In this document: piece after piece, positions 31,892 through 45,500 of the stretch
Numbering within the stretch: the stretch's first letter is position 1
Layout of the letters: the number at the start of each line of letters is the position of its first letter
Origin: Paraspadella gotoi
Taxonomy: Eukaryota; Animalia; Chaetognatha
NCBI GenBank assembly: GCA_051294375.1
Contig: CM119263.1
Coordinates: 10,500,703 to 10,564,702, forward strand
Reading direction: 5' to 3'
DNA: 64,000 bases
Position numbers and translations under genes: made by a program
Notes under the pieces: model-generated
What the model saw: only the letters and a program-made list of their open reading frames with translations
What the model was told of the DNA's origin: nothing
Databases searched by the model: none

Positions 31892-33352
31892 GGAAGCGGA
31901 TGCGAGGCGAGGCTCGCCGCTTTTAGAGAGATCCTTGTTTGTCTGGCCTAACGATCGTATTTGCGCGATCCTAGGAGAACGTGATTTAAATCTAGAATGT
32001 AAATATAGATTGTGCAATTATGCAACTCGTGCAAATCTGTGCAGATTGTTGAGACTGAACGACAGCGAGAGTCGTCGATCATCGCTTCTCGCTCTTATCG
32101 ATTAGCGCAGCTTGTATATAAAAGATAAGCGCGGATTGATCAATAATTTTATTCCGGCAATAAATGCACGGATTGAGGTTAAGGTTTGCTTAGTTTAAGT
32201 ACACATGAACGCCCTTTTTTCTTTCTTTATTCTAATTTCTGACGTCGAATTCCGAAATGGAGACGAACCGAGGAATTTGAGCGAAAACGTTGAGACGCGG
32301 AATCGATTTTAGGCCCAAATCCGAAGCAAACATCTGCAACAAACATCTACGGCCTCTCGTCTTGGGTTTACGCAGGATTTCGGCCGGTTTCAACTTTCTT
32401 TTTTTCATTCTATTTGTTTTCCCGGTTTTTTATATTTATCGATTAAAGATTTACGAGGAACTAAGAAGCCAAAGCCACGTCTTAAGTGGTCGGTTTTTTT
32501 TGTTGACATTTTGTTTACGTTTTGCGGTCTTTTTTTAACATCGTGTGTTATTGAGATGAAGAACACCGGGAAGGGAAGAGGGGGGGAAGGGGTGGGAGGA
32601 AGACGAAGAGGAGGAGGTGGAGGAAGAAAAAAGGAGGAAGAGGAGGAAAGAACGAAATGGAGAAAAAAAAAAAAACTACGACCTTGTTCCATCAAAATCG
32701 GTCAACACGGGAAAAAGGACGAAGACCAACCTTGCCAGTCCCTTTTTTTCTTTCTCTGCTATCCATTTTTGATCGATATCTGTACTGATTTTTTTTATTT
32801 TAGTAAATAAAACAAAAATATCTCAATCACCAAGGACGTCAATAATCATCGTCGATAAGTATGAAAACTTAATTCGTCACTCGAAGATGACTCATTTGAC
32901 GTCATTTTAATTTGGACAGATTTCGTCGTCGCGGACAGCATCCGGTCGTCTCCACCGACTGACCAATCAGCGGCCAATCGGAGGTCGATCAACGGCCAAT
33001 CCGAAGCGAATCGACTTCCGATAATTTTTGATGAATTGGCTTTTTTGGGGGGATCGTTGAATACGGACAAGCGATACGATTCCGGAATGGACGTCACTCA
33101 AACAACAACAAGATGTTCGTATTATAGCGAATTAGAGCGAAAGAAAGTATCGTTTCTAAAAAAAGAATACAATAAGTCGAAAAGAAAGGACAATGAATGT
33201 TATTGGGCTCGGTCAGGCTGAATACTCTTGGTTTTACTCGACTGAGAAAATATGTAGACTTTTATAAGCATTCAGAATGTTCATGTTCCCTAAAACACTT
33301 TGCAGAATTTTTATCATCTATAAATTCGTCAGTTTGTTAATTACTTCTCTCA

Positions 33353-33389
<37 letters not shown>

Positions 33390-34208
33390 TCTCTCTTTTC
33401 CACTTACCCTTTAGTCGTCAACTATGAAATGTTCCTCTCCGAAGAGTAACAACGTGAGCGCTTGTGAATTTTTGCCAGCGAGTGACGATTACGTAATGTA
33501 GTCAATGTAATCAACCGAGGGAAACCGAGATTCCTTTCATCGACGGAATTTATTTACAAAAAGAAAAAAAAAGCGAGCGTGATTTATGTTGATTGATTCT
33601 CTTTTCGCGGTGAAGGACGAAATCAGCCGGAAACGCGTCTTCTTCGCCCGAGGGGGGACTATGTGACGGAGAAGCCTCGCGAATTTCGGCGTCGTCTTCG
33701 TCGTCGTCGTCGCCGCCAATTTCTCGGCCTCTGATTGGCGGATTCTGTCCTCAAGCAGCGGCGACGCAGCCTTCCTCCTTAGCAACCAAGCACTCGGCGT
33801 AAACAAATTTCGTCGTTAACGACGATTTCCCGATGGCATCACACGAGAGAGAGAGAGATAGAGAGAGAGAGAAAATTATTTACGTAAGCTATGTAAAACG
33901 TACTAAATGAAAACAAAGGAACAGACTTTTTTTAAAAATATACAAAATAACTTTCGTGTTCTCCCAGTGAGGCAACAACAATAACAAAAACGAAAACACG
34001 ACCGACCGCCTTCAAATCTCCGCTCTCTTGCTCTTTCGTCGTAAAATTTTATTTGCAATTTAGGATTTTTTTTATGTTTCGCACGCTAATCTTTTATCTT
34101 TTATCGCGTTTGTTTTAACTTTTTTAAATTTTTAGACAAACGGGGGAGAAAAACTATATAAACTAATGAATCTAGGTAAATTGAAAATTAAAAACTAAAT
34201 CATCAAAA

Positions 34209-35813
34209 ATGCCTCCCAAGAAAAAAGGCGCGAAGAAGAAAGGAAAAAAAGGAGAAGAGGGAGAATTGACGATCGAAGAAAAGTACAAGAAATCATTGGG
34301 TAAGATAAACAGACAATATATCGTGGTTGTGGGGGCTTAAATTGATTTTAAAAACACAAAGTAGTAAGAAAAAAAATTTTCTCTTTCAGCGGAAATCGAG
34401 TCGCTGAGAGATCATCTCAACATAAGAAAGGATCACGCGAGACGATCCCAAAGCGTTTGTGAGCAGTGGAAGGAGAGGATGGTGCAGGTACTATTGTGTT
34501 TCAGACAACTATGGTATATTTTTTTTATATGTTTAAGACATCATTTACTTTCAGGGGTTGAATATAAAAATTCGTCTCGGTAGTTTTATTTATTTAGTCA
34601 TTTGGACTCTATAATCTATATGTATCATTTCATAAAATTACATCATTTTATAATATGAAACCTTCTGTAATTGTGAAATGAATAAATAATTTATTGTACC
34701 TATTTCATAACGTTTTAGGACAATAGAAATCTTCCTAATAGCCGACAATTCTCTTTTAATTTCTCATTCACATTATTGCAAAATGTAAAATTTCAATTTT
34801 GTAAAAGAAAATATCGTATAAGGGCTCATGAATCTGATTTTAGGCACACGAAGAGCTGGAAGTCTATGCCAGCGATTACAAGTCTGTGCGAGCAGACATG
34901 ACGAGGCAGTACAAAACAATGCAGGTAAAAGAAAAAAAATCACGATTCATTTATTGTAATAATTCCTTAATAATTTCATTATTTCGTCCGTCCTTCATCA
35001 GAACGAGTTTTTAATTCACGCTCAAGAGTTGGAGATCGAGAATTCGAAGCTTCGAGAGAAGTTGGCTTCGCGCGACGAGGAATTGGAGAGACTGACGATG
35101 GAGAACGAGAGGATCGTCGCCGAGAAGGACGCCAAGATCGAAGATCTGCAGGTCGGTGGATCTTGCTAGCTGGAGTTGAGGACAGTGGCGCCGCTGCGAG
35201 TTTCGTGTCGAAAATTATTGAGACACCTGCTTCTGCAGGACTGAATCTGAATGGGTTGTTTTGAGAATTATATACATTATACAATGTCGCGCAAAAAAAA
35301 AAAAAAAATAAGACACTAGGTAGCTTTAAATACATCACCATTTCTTTTTTAATTTTGAGAAAGTATATATGAAAAGTATAGCTCTTTTAAAGCGCTATCG
35401 ATTGGTGCAAGAAAAATTCGAATTCGTATTCAAATCTAAATTTGGATTACGACAAAACGAATTCTCTCGAATTAGTACATTTAATCTCTCTCTTTAATCT
35501 CTTTAATCTCTATAATCTCTTTAATCAACGGCGCGACGATTATTATCGTTTAATCCCGACGTCCTCTGAAAATTTCAGTTGCAAATTCGACATCTCGAAA
35601 AATCGTACGAGGGCATTCTATACAAGACTCTGGATTCATTGACGGAAAAGCTGGCCGTTGCCTACAAAGAGTGGGAAAAGGAATCAATGTGGATTCAGGT
35701 GCATACAACTTTGGTCATTTGGTTGTCTTAACGTTCTATCAATATTCAATTATTTTCAGATAAAACACAAGGAGGAACTGATGTCTTTCGGAATAAAGCC
35801 GTTAGAATATTAA
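34209..35813 (+). CDS. CCDC153: Coiled-coil domain-containing protein 153 / dynein regulatory complex subunit 12, 197 aa
   Basis: Exons 34209-34299, 34390-34487, 34844-34924, 35002-35151, 35579-35698, 35760-35813, GT-AG and in phase. MPPKKKGAKKKGKK start, ADMTRQYKTMQ motif, coiled coil, C-terminal FGIKPLEY*. Confidence 0.88.
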
Positions 35814-36557
35814 TAGAAGATATATTCATTTTTGAGGGACACCTCGTTTGATTCCTGTTGAATGTTTTATTATATATTTTGTGTTAGACTATGAGTATAA
35901 CTTGGTTTAAATCAAATTCTTATTTTTATTTTATTGGCGTTTTTGATGTGCGTTAGTCACAATTTTTTTCAGTTTATACATGAATGTACAAAAATAAAAT
36001 TCAGAATAAAAAAAAATATGAGAGCGCATTTCACAAGCAAGCAAAGTATTTAAGAAAACCCTATTTAACTTAGGCTAGAAATCTCACTTGAAAATACTTG
36101 CGTAATCACGTGATTGAAAAAGCGTTGGACAATACCGCCATTCAGATCAATTATGAAGTTCAACAAAAACAGAGATTCAATTTAAGCGGTGAAAATTTAA
36201 AACGTTAGAATGAATAGACAGCGTTAAGAAGCTTTACGCAGTTAAAATATGATCAATCAAGAAGGAACATGTAAGCAAAAGGTTAAACATGTAAAAAAGA
36301 TATTCAAAAAGATCTTATGATTGATGTTGCCACAAAACGTCACGAAAATTTATGAATCGTAGAAAAAAATTTGCGAATAAAGAATCTTTAACTCATCCCG
36401 AAAGATGTTTAAATTTTGTCAAAGTTGCACAAAATTTGCAAGGATACGGTGAAGCTTTGACGTCCATAATGATACAATTCTGTCATTCCTTTGCTATCAT
36501 TGGACATGTCATCGGGCATCATAAGTCTCATAAAATCAAATCTTCAGTCTTCACTCA

Positions 36558-39500
36558 TCACTTGTTGTATCGTCTTCTCTCATTGAATCTTCTCTTTAAG
36601 AAATAATGATGAAGGAAATGGTCGAGACATTCTAAGAGTGTCACAAATGTGGCCCCGACCAACAAACCCATGGCACCTCCAATGTCGCCTGTTAGAAACA
36701 AAAGAGCAAGGTGTTCATGAACATAAACTTTTTTAAGTAACTACTACTATTCATCAAATACTATGAAGTCTACACAATGTTAAAAAAAACATTACAAGAA
36801 TATTAGGGAGATGTGGAAATAATGAAAATATTAGAAATAATTTCTTGAGAATCAAGATTTAAATAGAAGTCGCGGGACAAACATAATAGATTACACTTAC
36901 TAAGTAACGCGAAGAAGTCATAGGCCTGTTGCTGCTCGATTTTCTGGTAACTCAATTCGCGGAAGAAAAAGTCAATGAACAAAAAGTTGTCCCTAAAAAA
37001 AATATTTTATTTTCTACTTTTGTTTTGGTCTGCATAGAATTTGTTCTGTCAGTTTGAATCTTTTCTTTTCTTTTCTTTTCTTTTCTTTTCTTTTCTTTTC
37101 TTTTCTTTTTTTTTCTTTTCTTTTCTCTGTTTTCCTTTTATCATTTTTTTTCCTCCGTTTTCCTTTTATCATTTTCGTTTTTCTGTTTTCCTTTTTTTCT
37201 TTTCTTTTCTCTATTTTCCTTTTTTTCTTTTCTTTTCTCTGTTTTCCTTTGTTTTTCTTTTCTCTGTTTTCCTTTTTTCTTTCCTTTCCTTTCCTTTCCT
37301 TCTTTTTCCCGTTTTTTACTACGAATATAAGAATTCTTTTTCTTTTTCATCTCTCGTTGTCTATTCTTTCTTTTCTTTCCTTCCCCACCGTACTTGACAA
37401 AGTCTTCATCGATGGCGCTGCTCCGCTGGAACAGACCAAGACCCGCGGAGAAGATGGCGAAAGCCTCGAGGAATTCCTCGTCACGAGTCCCGATGATGAT
37501 ATCCATGGAAACGTCGGACGCGAGGTTCGCCATTTGCGCTCGGATCTCCTCTCGTTTCTCCTCGAACGTCTCTAGAAAAGCTGGAGGCGGTGGAGGAGGG
37601 GGAGATTGGTGGAAATTTGGAATGTGAAGAACCTATAGTTTGAAATTTGGTTCAAAGAGGTAGATGTAAAGTTGTCTAAAATTATTTTTAAAAACAGGAT
37701 TATTGACAGAACGTTTTAAGGAGTTAGAAAAACGTATATAAAAATGTAATAAGAAAACGTGCATTCATCGAAAATCAAAAATACGAAATCAAGTTTTATC
37801 AAACTACCACGATAACCCGTAAAGGAAATTTAACTACGTAGAATTGAGATAGAGGGCTCTCCAGTCGATCTTTACCGACAATAGTAATCTGAAGATAAAC
37901 TTTGAAAATCTAGCGCCGATCCTACGCAAAAATGGCTCTCAACACGCGTTAAAGCAATCTCTTTGCATTAAACAATCTAATCGCACTAATTGCGGAAAAA
38001 GAAAAAAGTAAACGCCATCGCATTCGATATCAAAAGATTACAGTTTACTCACGTTTAAGAAAACCCTTGAAAATTTCACGACACTGGAATTAGTTAATGG
38101 ACGATCAACGATTCTTTCGAAAAATCAACGATTCTGTGCGAGCAGCAAATGGACCTGTGTGGTTCTTAAATTCGTGAAGGGCCTTTGAATTTTCGTTGCG
38201 GAGAATGTGGCCCCAGAATTCCTCGAACGACTGCGCCATGGGCTGCATCTTGTCTTTGAGGAGATGGGCGCGGCTACGAATCTCCGTCAGGAAAAGTTTG
38301 ACCTTTGACAAAACATATCTTCTACAGGATGATATTATGAGGTTATTGTCTTATAACTAGGTGAACTTTGGAGGAAAACTAAAATTGGTGATTATTATAA
38401 TAAATCATAAATTCTATAGACACCAAAACGATACTTAAGTACGAAAAAAACAAACAAACAACAAAACAAAAACAAACAAAAACAAAGGAACCTCTTTAAA
38501 AAGTAATTCTGTCTTTTCGTCCGTTGTGAATTTCGCCAAATCTATTTTTTTCGAGTTCGGATCCGATAAATAATTTTTGGCCTTTGAGTCGATCGTTTCC
38601 ATCCGCGACCATGAGCTTAAGAAGGGGGGGGTGAGTTGCTGCATTATTAAATTAAGTAACAACGTTAAGACTCAATGTTCTCCAATTTTTGTTCTAGTTT
38701 CAAGGTCGATGTTCTTTTTAATGGCTAAATTGTTCAACAGACAGAACCAGGAATTACAAACCCGTTCTGGAGGGTGACAAGATAAGCGCTGAGTCCCGCC
38801 AAATCTGATGACATATCTTTCACTTTGTTTTTTACGAGTTCAAAGGATCCGTGGAAGGTTGATTGCCAGTCATGTAGCAAAAGCTGGGAATTTATTAAGT
38901 TATGATTGAATAAATGGAAAAATTGAATAGAAAATGGTAAACACGAAAGAGCATGACCTGAAATATTACATACTATTACATATATTGGTTGTACCAATTT
39001 CATAGATAAAAAAAAACACCATTAGCCTCTCTCAGGTCTGCACTAGAACATGGACGCTTCATCCAATCATCTACCTTACGCAGCACGCACCTTGATCGGA
39101 CGGTGAAAGTGTTTCTCGTCGAGCTCGGCACGACTGTGCGATAGTCGCTTCAGGTAGTGTCGAAAGTTGTGCATGGCCTTGTCCAGCGCGGCCGCGTCTA
39201 GGACCTCCCCGCCCTCGCACTTATCCAGCAAATCCAGCACGGCGTCAATGGCTCGAGACTTGAAGTGGGCGACGCGATCGAAGAATGAGGCGACGTGGGA
39301 GTCGAAGTCCGGTTGGTCAGAGATGTAGGCTTTGGGGATGGAGGCGAGGTCGACTGACCGGGGGGGGTGGTGGTGAAGATGGGAGAGGGAGAATGGGGGA
39401 GGATGGAAGAATGAAATAGAAAAAGGGGAGTAAAAGAAGAGAAGAGAGAGAGAAATGGAAGGAAATAATTAATAAACCACGAGATACTAAAAAGAAGGGC

Positions 39501-42500
39501 GAACTCGAAACGGAATACTGTAGGAATCGATGAAATTGGTTTGTCCCCTGACAAATCTGCGTTACTTCGACGACTGTCCGTTTATCCCTCAGTTCGTCTC
39601 TCCGTCTGCCGACCGTCCCCCGTGACTCCCGTATATATATACTTGATTGGCAGGGCGAATGAGGAGTTAGGGAATTTTGCAGGGTGGTGCTTATAATTCG
39701 AGCCTCTGTGCCGCCCCGCTCACCATCAAGACACTTTTTCGCCGCGGCCGTCTTTTTCCCTTTGCTGTCAAACTTGTCATAACAGGCTCTGGCTTCGGGT
39801 GACATGTTGTCTTTGCTCCAAATGAATTTGCACGTCTTGTAGCTGTTGATCGTCTGGTAAATATTATTATTAATAGCTATATTCTCATTTATTATATTTT
39901 ATAACTTCAACAAAAGTAATCAAATTGTTTTAAAAATAGAAGGCTGAAGATTACCATAATTGAAAATAGGATAGTTTTAATTTGTAAGATAATACGTGCT
40001 GGAAAGAATTTGGATTCTAAATTAAAACTAAAGAGCTACGAAAAAGACACATTCATCCAGATAAAAATTCTAGTTAGCTTTTGTGGCCAAAAAATTTTAG
40101 TCTTTGTCCTTACGTTCCTTCTCACTTACCTTGTCCATACTTTTATTGGTCTCACTCAAATAAAAGTCATAGTTGTGAATAATATCTTCTATTTTGTAGG
40201 CCATTGTTTTTTTAAGTGTGGCTTCCGAGGTTTTGTTGAGCTCGATCAGGGCCCGCTTCAAACTGTTCTCTGCGCCGTAAAATGCCTCAACTAAGGGAAG
40301 GGGATTGCAGTTAAAACTTTCTTTCACCCAAAGGGAAAAGAACAAAAAGAAATCACATGTCTTTATCAGTCTTTATTTGTTGACTGCTTTCCGCCATTAC
40401 AAGCTATTAGTATTACAAGTAAATCAATGTGTTTATTAACATTTTGTTCTGATAATACACATAAAACTTTTACCTAACGGCGAGTAGAATCGTTGATCAT
40501 AAACTTCGAAAACACGGTAGAATTTCCACCTGATAGAAAATAAAATTGCTTCACATGTAAAAATATATAAATTTACGAAGTTTTTGCGAACATAAATAAT
40601 GAAATACTATCACCAGAGCCTGTCGAAAGACAGTGGTAGTTTTTATATTGGTTGTGAGACGGTATATTCACACTGCCTCACAGCCAACTTCATTCAGCCA
40701 ATCCCATTGGCTCAGAGGGGGAACGCCGGAACGCACCATGACTATCCCAAGCGTTACGTTCCATCCACAGTCCTGATCTAAGCGAGACCGTCCTAGGGTA
40801 ACCGCGCCAGTGGCAAGAGGCGCCACTGAGGGTGGGAATTCCCTAAAGCCAACATTATGATGCCCCATCCCAATGGGCCTCACAGACAGCCCGGCTGTTG
40901 TTAAATTTGAAACAATCTCTGTTCCACAGCGACTATAAATCCAATATAATAAGGAATTATCATTATCAATAGTTAAATTATATAATTATCTACCTGAGAA
41001 TGAACTCCATCTGCTCGAAGGCATAATCGTGCTTCTCCTTTGCGTCGTACAAAGTCCGATTGAGTTCCTTCAGCGCCTCCGACGCTTTGACGAGGACTTC
41101 GGGGAACTTCTCGAAGAGAAGGAAGCGCATCGAGTCCGTCGTGTTCAACATCCGGGTGAAGACGGTTTCGTCTTCGTCTCTAAGGGAAGTTGGAAGGAGG
41201 TGAGGAAAATAATCAAGAGGCTATAAACAAAAAAATAAATAATATTCGTATTATTAGCATTTACCGTTCTTTTATCGGTAAAAAACAGTGTTGTGAACCA
41301 ATGTAAGGTCTCAAGATATGACATTTTTAAGAAATAAGTAAGAAAATAATAAATAATTCCTATGACGATTTTTAAAAACAGGGCTTATACTGAACACCAT
41401 GTACTAAGAAATGCTAACTTACCTTACCATACCGCAGTAAAATGAATGAATGAAAATTGGCTGCTCATCAACCGACAACGAACTCACCTGACGGACTTCG
41501 TGACGCGTTGATGAACTTCCTGCGCGTAGTTGTACTTCCGCTTGATATCCTCGATCTTCGGGTCGAGGAGCAACTTGTATAATTTTTGCTTGGACAGAGA
41601 AGAGTAGGAGATTGTGGGGTTGAACACGTAGTCGTTGCAGGGCACGGGGCATTCGCACGTGCTCCGTCTCGCTCGCTCGGCGATGGTGTCGTTGCGACAA
41701 TGGCTCTTCTCTTGCGAGAGGAGGGACTCTGAAAAGCATAAGAGAGATGGATTGAAAAGAAAAGAAAATCGGTAAAAGAAATAGAGAACAAAAATCAAAT
41801 AAAAAGTGAAAATAAAAACATATGTACGTATGAAAAAGGAAAGCACGAGAGAAAATTTCCCCCCCCCCCTTAAAAACTACTATAAAAAAATTACTTTTTA
41901 TATTCTAACCTTCCGCCTCCGGGAGGCAAGTCAAATACTCTTTCAGATTGCAATAAACGGGATTCGGTTCATCTTGCGGCGGCATGAAGTGATCCTTGCA
42001 GCCGCAGTGTTCCTTCAAATAGTTGGACGTCTTGTCCATCTTGCACTTGGTTCGCGTGTAGTTGTCCGTCTTGTAAGACTGGTAGACCCACTTGGAGATG
42101 CAATCGCCGTGAGGATCCGGCAGATTGTGTAACTGTTTAGGATTTACATTTATTTGATTTGATTTTATTTTAATCATTTTTCTTACTTTATTTTTATCCT
42201 ATTTTTATTTATTAACTCCGACATTGATACAATCGAAATTAATAATTAATTTAATTTTTTAAAAAATTTATAACAATAACAAAGACCTTGTTTCACCTCG
42301 AGTAACTCGATTCCGACGAGCGCGTGAGACCCAGGGGGAACGGTGACCCCGAGATCCTTCACGAACGGAACTTCGTCTTTTTCAAAAATCAATACTTTCA
42401 CACCCGCGGATCCGCTGCTGCCTGCGAGGGTGAAACAGATGAGCTTTTCACAATTGGCAAGTTTTCTTTCGCTTTCCTCAATTACAGGAATAATTTTTTT

Positions 42501-45500
42501 CATTTTCTCACCAGCCATGTACTCGTACTGTTCCAAATTAATTCCGAGCTTGAGGCCGACATCCGAGCCGACGTCGTTCACCTTAATTGATTGCGTAATA
42601 TTTTAATTTCAATTAGGAAATATTTACAATATATATTTCAAAAAAATATATATATACCGTAAGTATTGGTCCGGATCACTGCCGTTTTCACGACGTTAAA
42701 ATTTAAAATTTAAAACGACCTTCGGTCCTGACCTGCATGTCCTTTCCCGATTCGCCGTTGTAGATAAAGCAAACCCCAAAATCGGTGAAAGTCGGTTTAA
42801 ATACCGACGACGAACATTGATGCCCGGCATATTGACAGCTGTAATTTAGGGAAGATCGGGGGGGGGAGAGGAAGAGTTAAAAGAATGAAATTAGCGCGGA
42901 TTAAAACAAAAAAAATTAAGTGTTTAATTCTAATCCGCTTTTGATTTTGGGAAATCTTATTTGAAAAAGAAAGAAAATGATCGCGGGCTGAATCAAAATG
43001 CGTGAGGATTATCTTTCATACACATGTTTGTGAGTAAAATTAAAAAGTTAAATTGAATGTGGATAACCTCGGTCAGTATATTGACTCAAAAATTATTTAA
43101 CTAACTTAAGTGATTTATTGCCTCTCACTGGAAAACTGAATCATCTAAAAATAAAATGAATAAACATTTTCTAATAATATAGTTCATTTGGAGATATGTT
43201 ACGTATGTCAGCATATCCACGATAAAATAATACAATCAGTCATCATCATTCAAAAAGGAAAATAACGAAAATATGAAAAAACTGAAAAACTACATACATA
43301 GATATTACATACATACGTACATATGATATATATAATTAACAATCAATCAAATTACAACAGAAAAAAGCAAATAAAAATTAAGTCCATAAGGTAGCTTGGC
43401 AATTTGTATTAAAATAAAATCAAACAATCATACAAGTGGCTACAGGTTAGTCCATACTCAATAAGTAATCAAACAGAGGTGCACAACACAACGCCCTCAA
43501 TCGGCCATGCACGAGACGATATCCGTAAAAATCTCCGGGAAGTGAGCGATGTCCTTCCATCCTTCGGTCTTAAGGACCGACTTGGCGTTGCGCTTGACAA
43601 AGGCGAGGCAGTCGGCCTTGAGATCTTCGCATCCGTGAAGGTGACTCAACCGGAGAAATCGGCAGACGTTGTCCGTCGTTACCGCCCCCTTCATCGTCTC
43701 CACGCAGACGACCTTCAACTCTGTCAGTCCCATCTCGTCCACCTTAGGCAGCATGGACGGCGCCAGTCGTTCCACCTCGGAGTCGACGGCGCCGGCGTAG
43801 ATGAAGCGGAGGACGCCGAGGAAGGCGTCGGCGTCGACTCCGACGACCTCGACGCGTCCGCCACGATCTTCGCTCATCCCCGAAGCGAACATCTTGGCGA
43901 AGTAGGCCGAGCGCGCCTTCAGCACGCAACGGTGGGCGGGAATCTCTTGGCCGTCCACGGCGACGACGACGTCGGCGTCGGCGCCCGTCTCCAGGAGCTT
44001 CGAGAAGTCCGTCAGCAGCGTCGAGGTCGCCTTGGAGGCAAGCTCGTCTCGGGAACGTCGATTGGGTGTCGAGCAGAAGAGTTCGAAGCGAATCCGGGTC
44101 CCGGAAGTAGGCGTGGCCGAACGTCAATTTTTTTCTTGTTTTACAGGTTTAATTCGTTTACTTAAATTTGAACGGTCCACATACGATAATATTATTTTAT
44201 TAAAATTATTTGGCCTATCCAGAAGTTATTGAGATATAGATATTAGAGGGGAGAGGATAGGATATAAGGATATATATAGGGATATACCTCATATATATAA
44301 TAGTATATCATAAAATTAGACAATCAAGGCAGATTTTTATGTAGTTATTTGTTATCTAATTATTAAAACGAGTAGAATTTGATTAGTGGTTATATATTAC
44401 ATTTTATTTGAGTTCGGCCTCGTCTACTCGAAACGCGTCTCCTCGCGAAGACGGGAAAGGCGTCCACGAGATCGGAGAAGACGATCGAGTCCCGGCGCGT
44501 CAATTCGCGGTGACGTCGCGGGGCGGGGACGTCAACATTCCCACCGTCGGAGTGGGCGTGCGTCGTCGCCGTCGCCGTAATAGACGAAGATGTTGACGGT
44601 GACGGAATTGCAGAAGGGAAACCGAAGGAGAAATTAATGGCGTGGCGGCGTTTGCATCTGGAACGCAACGGTGGCTTCAATGCAATGAGCGTCAATTTTT
44701 TAACGAGATATTTTTTTTAAAATCTTTTTTTTTTTTTAAATATCAAAATCTATACAATCGTGACAAAACAAAAGAGGATCAGCGCCACGAAAGTTAAACG
44801 TCATCTATAATAAAAACCGTAAGACGATATCTCTGAATTTAAGAAGAAAAAGCTATTTTAACCGAATAGTAATAATAATTGTTAATTCAAAAAATCATTT
44901 ATTTTAAGTTTTGATACGTTTGATGTGAGAAAAAACTTAAAAAAACATATGTTTGAGCTTTTATAAATAGATTTTGTCATCTCATACGTTGAAAATGTGT
45001 CGACCTCGTGTCGGTCCCTTGCCAAGCCCAGTTGGTCAAAGAGTGTGTCTTCACCTGAATAATACAGCCGTATCCATTAGCTGCGCTTCCGTCCGTCCTT
45101 TTTACGACCAAACTGCGAAGGTTGTTGAGCGGAGTGTCCGTTCCTTTGCTGCTCGGCAGGATTTCCGTGAGCAAGAACTCCCCGCACACTTTGGCGGACA
45201 TGGCTAGATTATGTGTTGGAATCTAAAGTCGGTTGACGTGCGCAGGTTGTACGAAGTTTACCCACCGTTTGAAGACTGGATTGATTCAACACGGTCATGA
45301 GTCAACTAACCAGTTTTCTTTTCCACCAACACAAAGGGAATATAAAAAAAAAATGTGGCTGAGCTTGAAGCGTTCCGTTGCCTCGGCTCTATTAGTTTTT
45401 TTTTAATTTATAATTTTTTAAATTTTCAAATAATAAGTAATAGGAATAATTTACATTATTGTAGCGAATCCTAAATTTTCCTCTCGTATATTATAGTTAA

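Noticed and set aside
34975-35005. Hammerhead-like CTGATGA...GAAA on the minus strand
   Set aside because: Stem II does not pair and the sequence is the polypyrimidine tract/acceptor of a CCDC153 exon.
40655-40895. 7SL, RNase P or HDV ribozyme identity for the structured island
   Set aside because: Lacks SRP helix 8, RNase P CR-I/CR-V and HDV core motifs.
43479-44165. 228-aa plus-strand ORF
   Set aside because: Antisense shadow of the GC-rich BTB frame.
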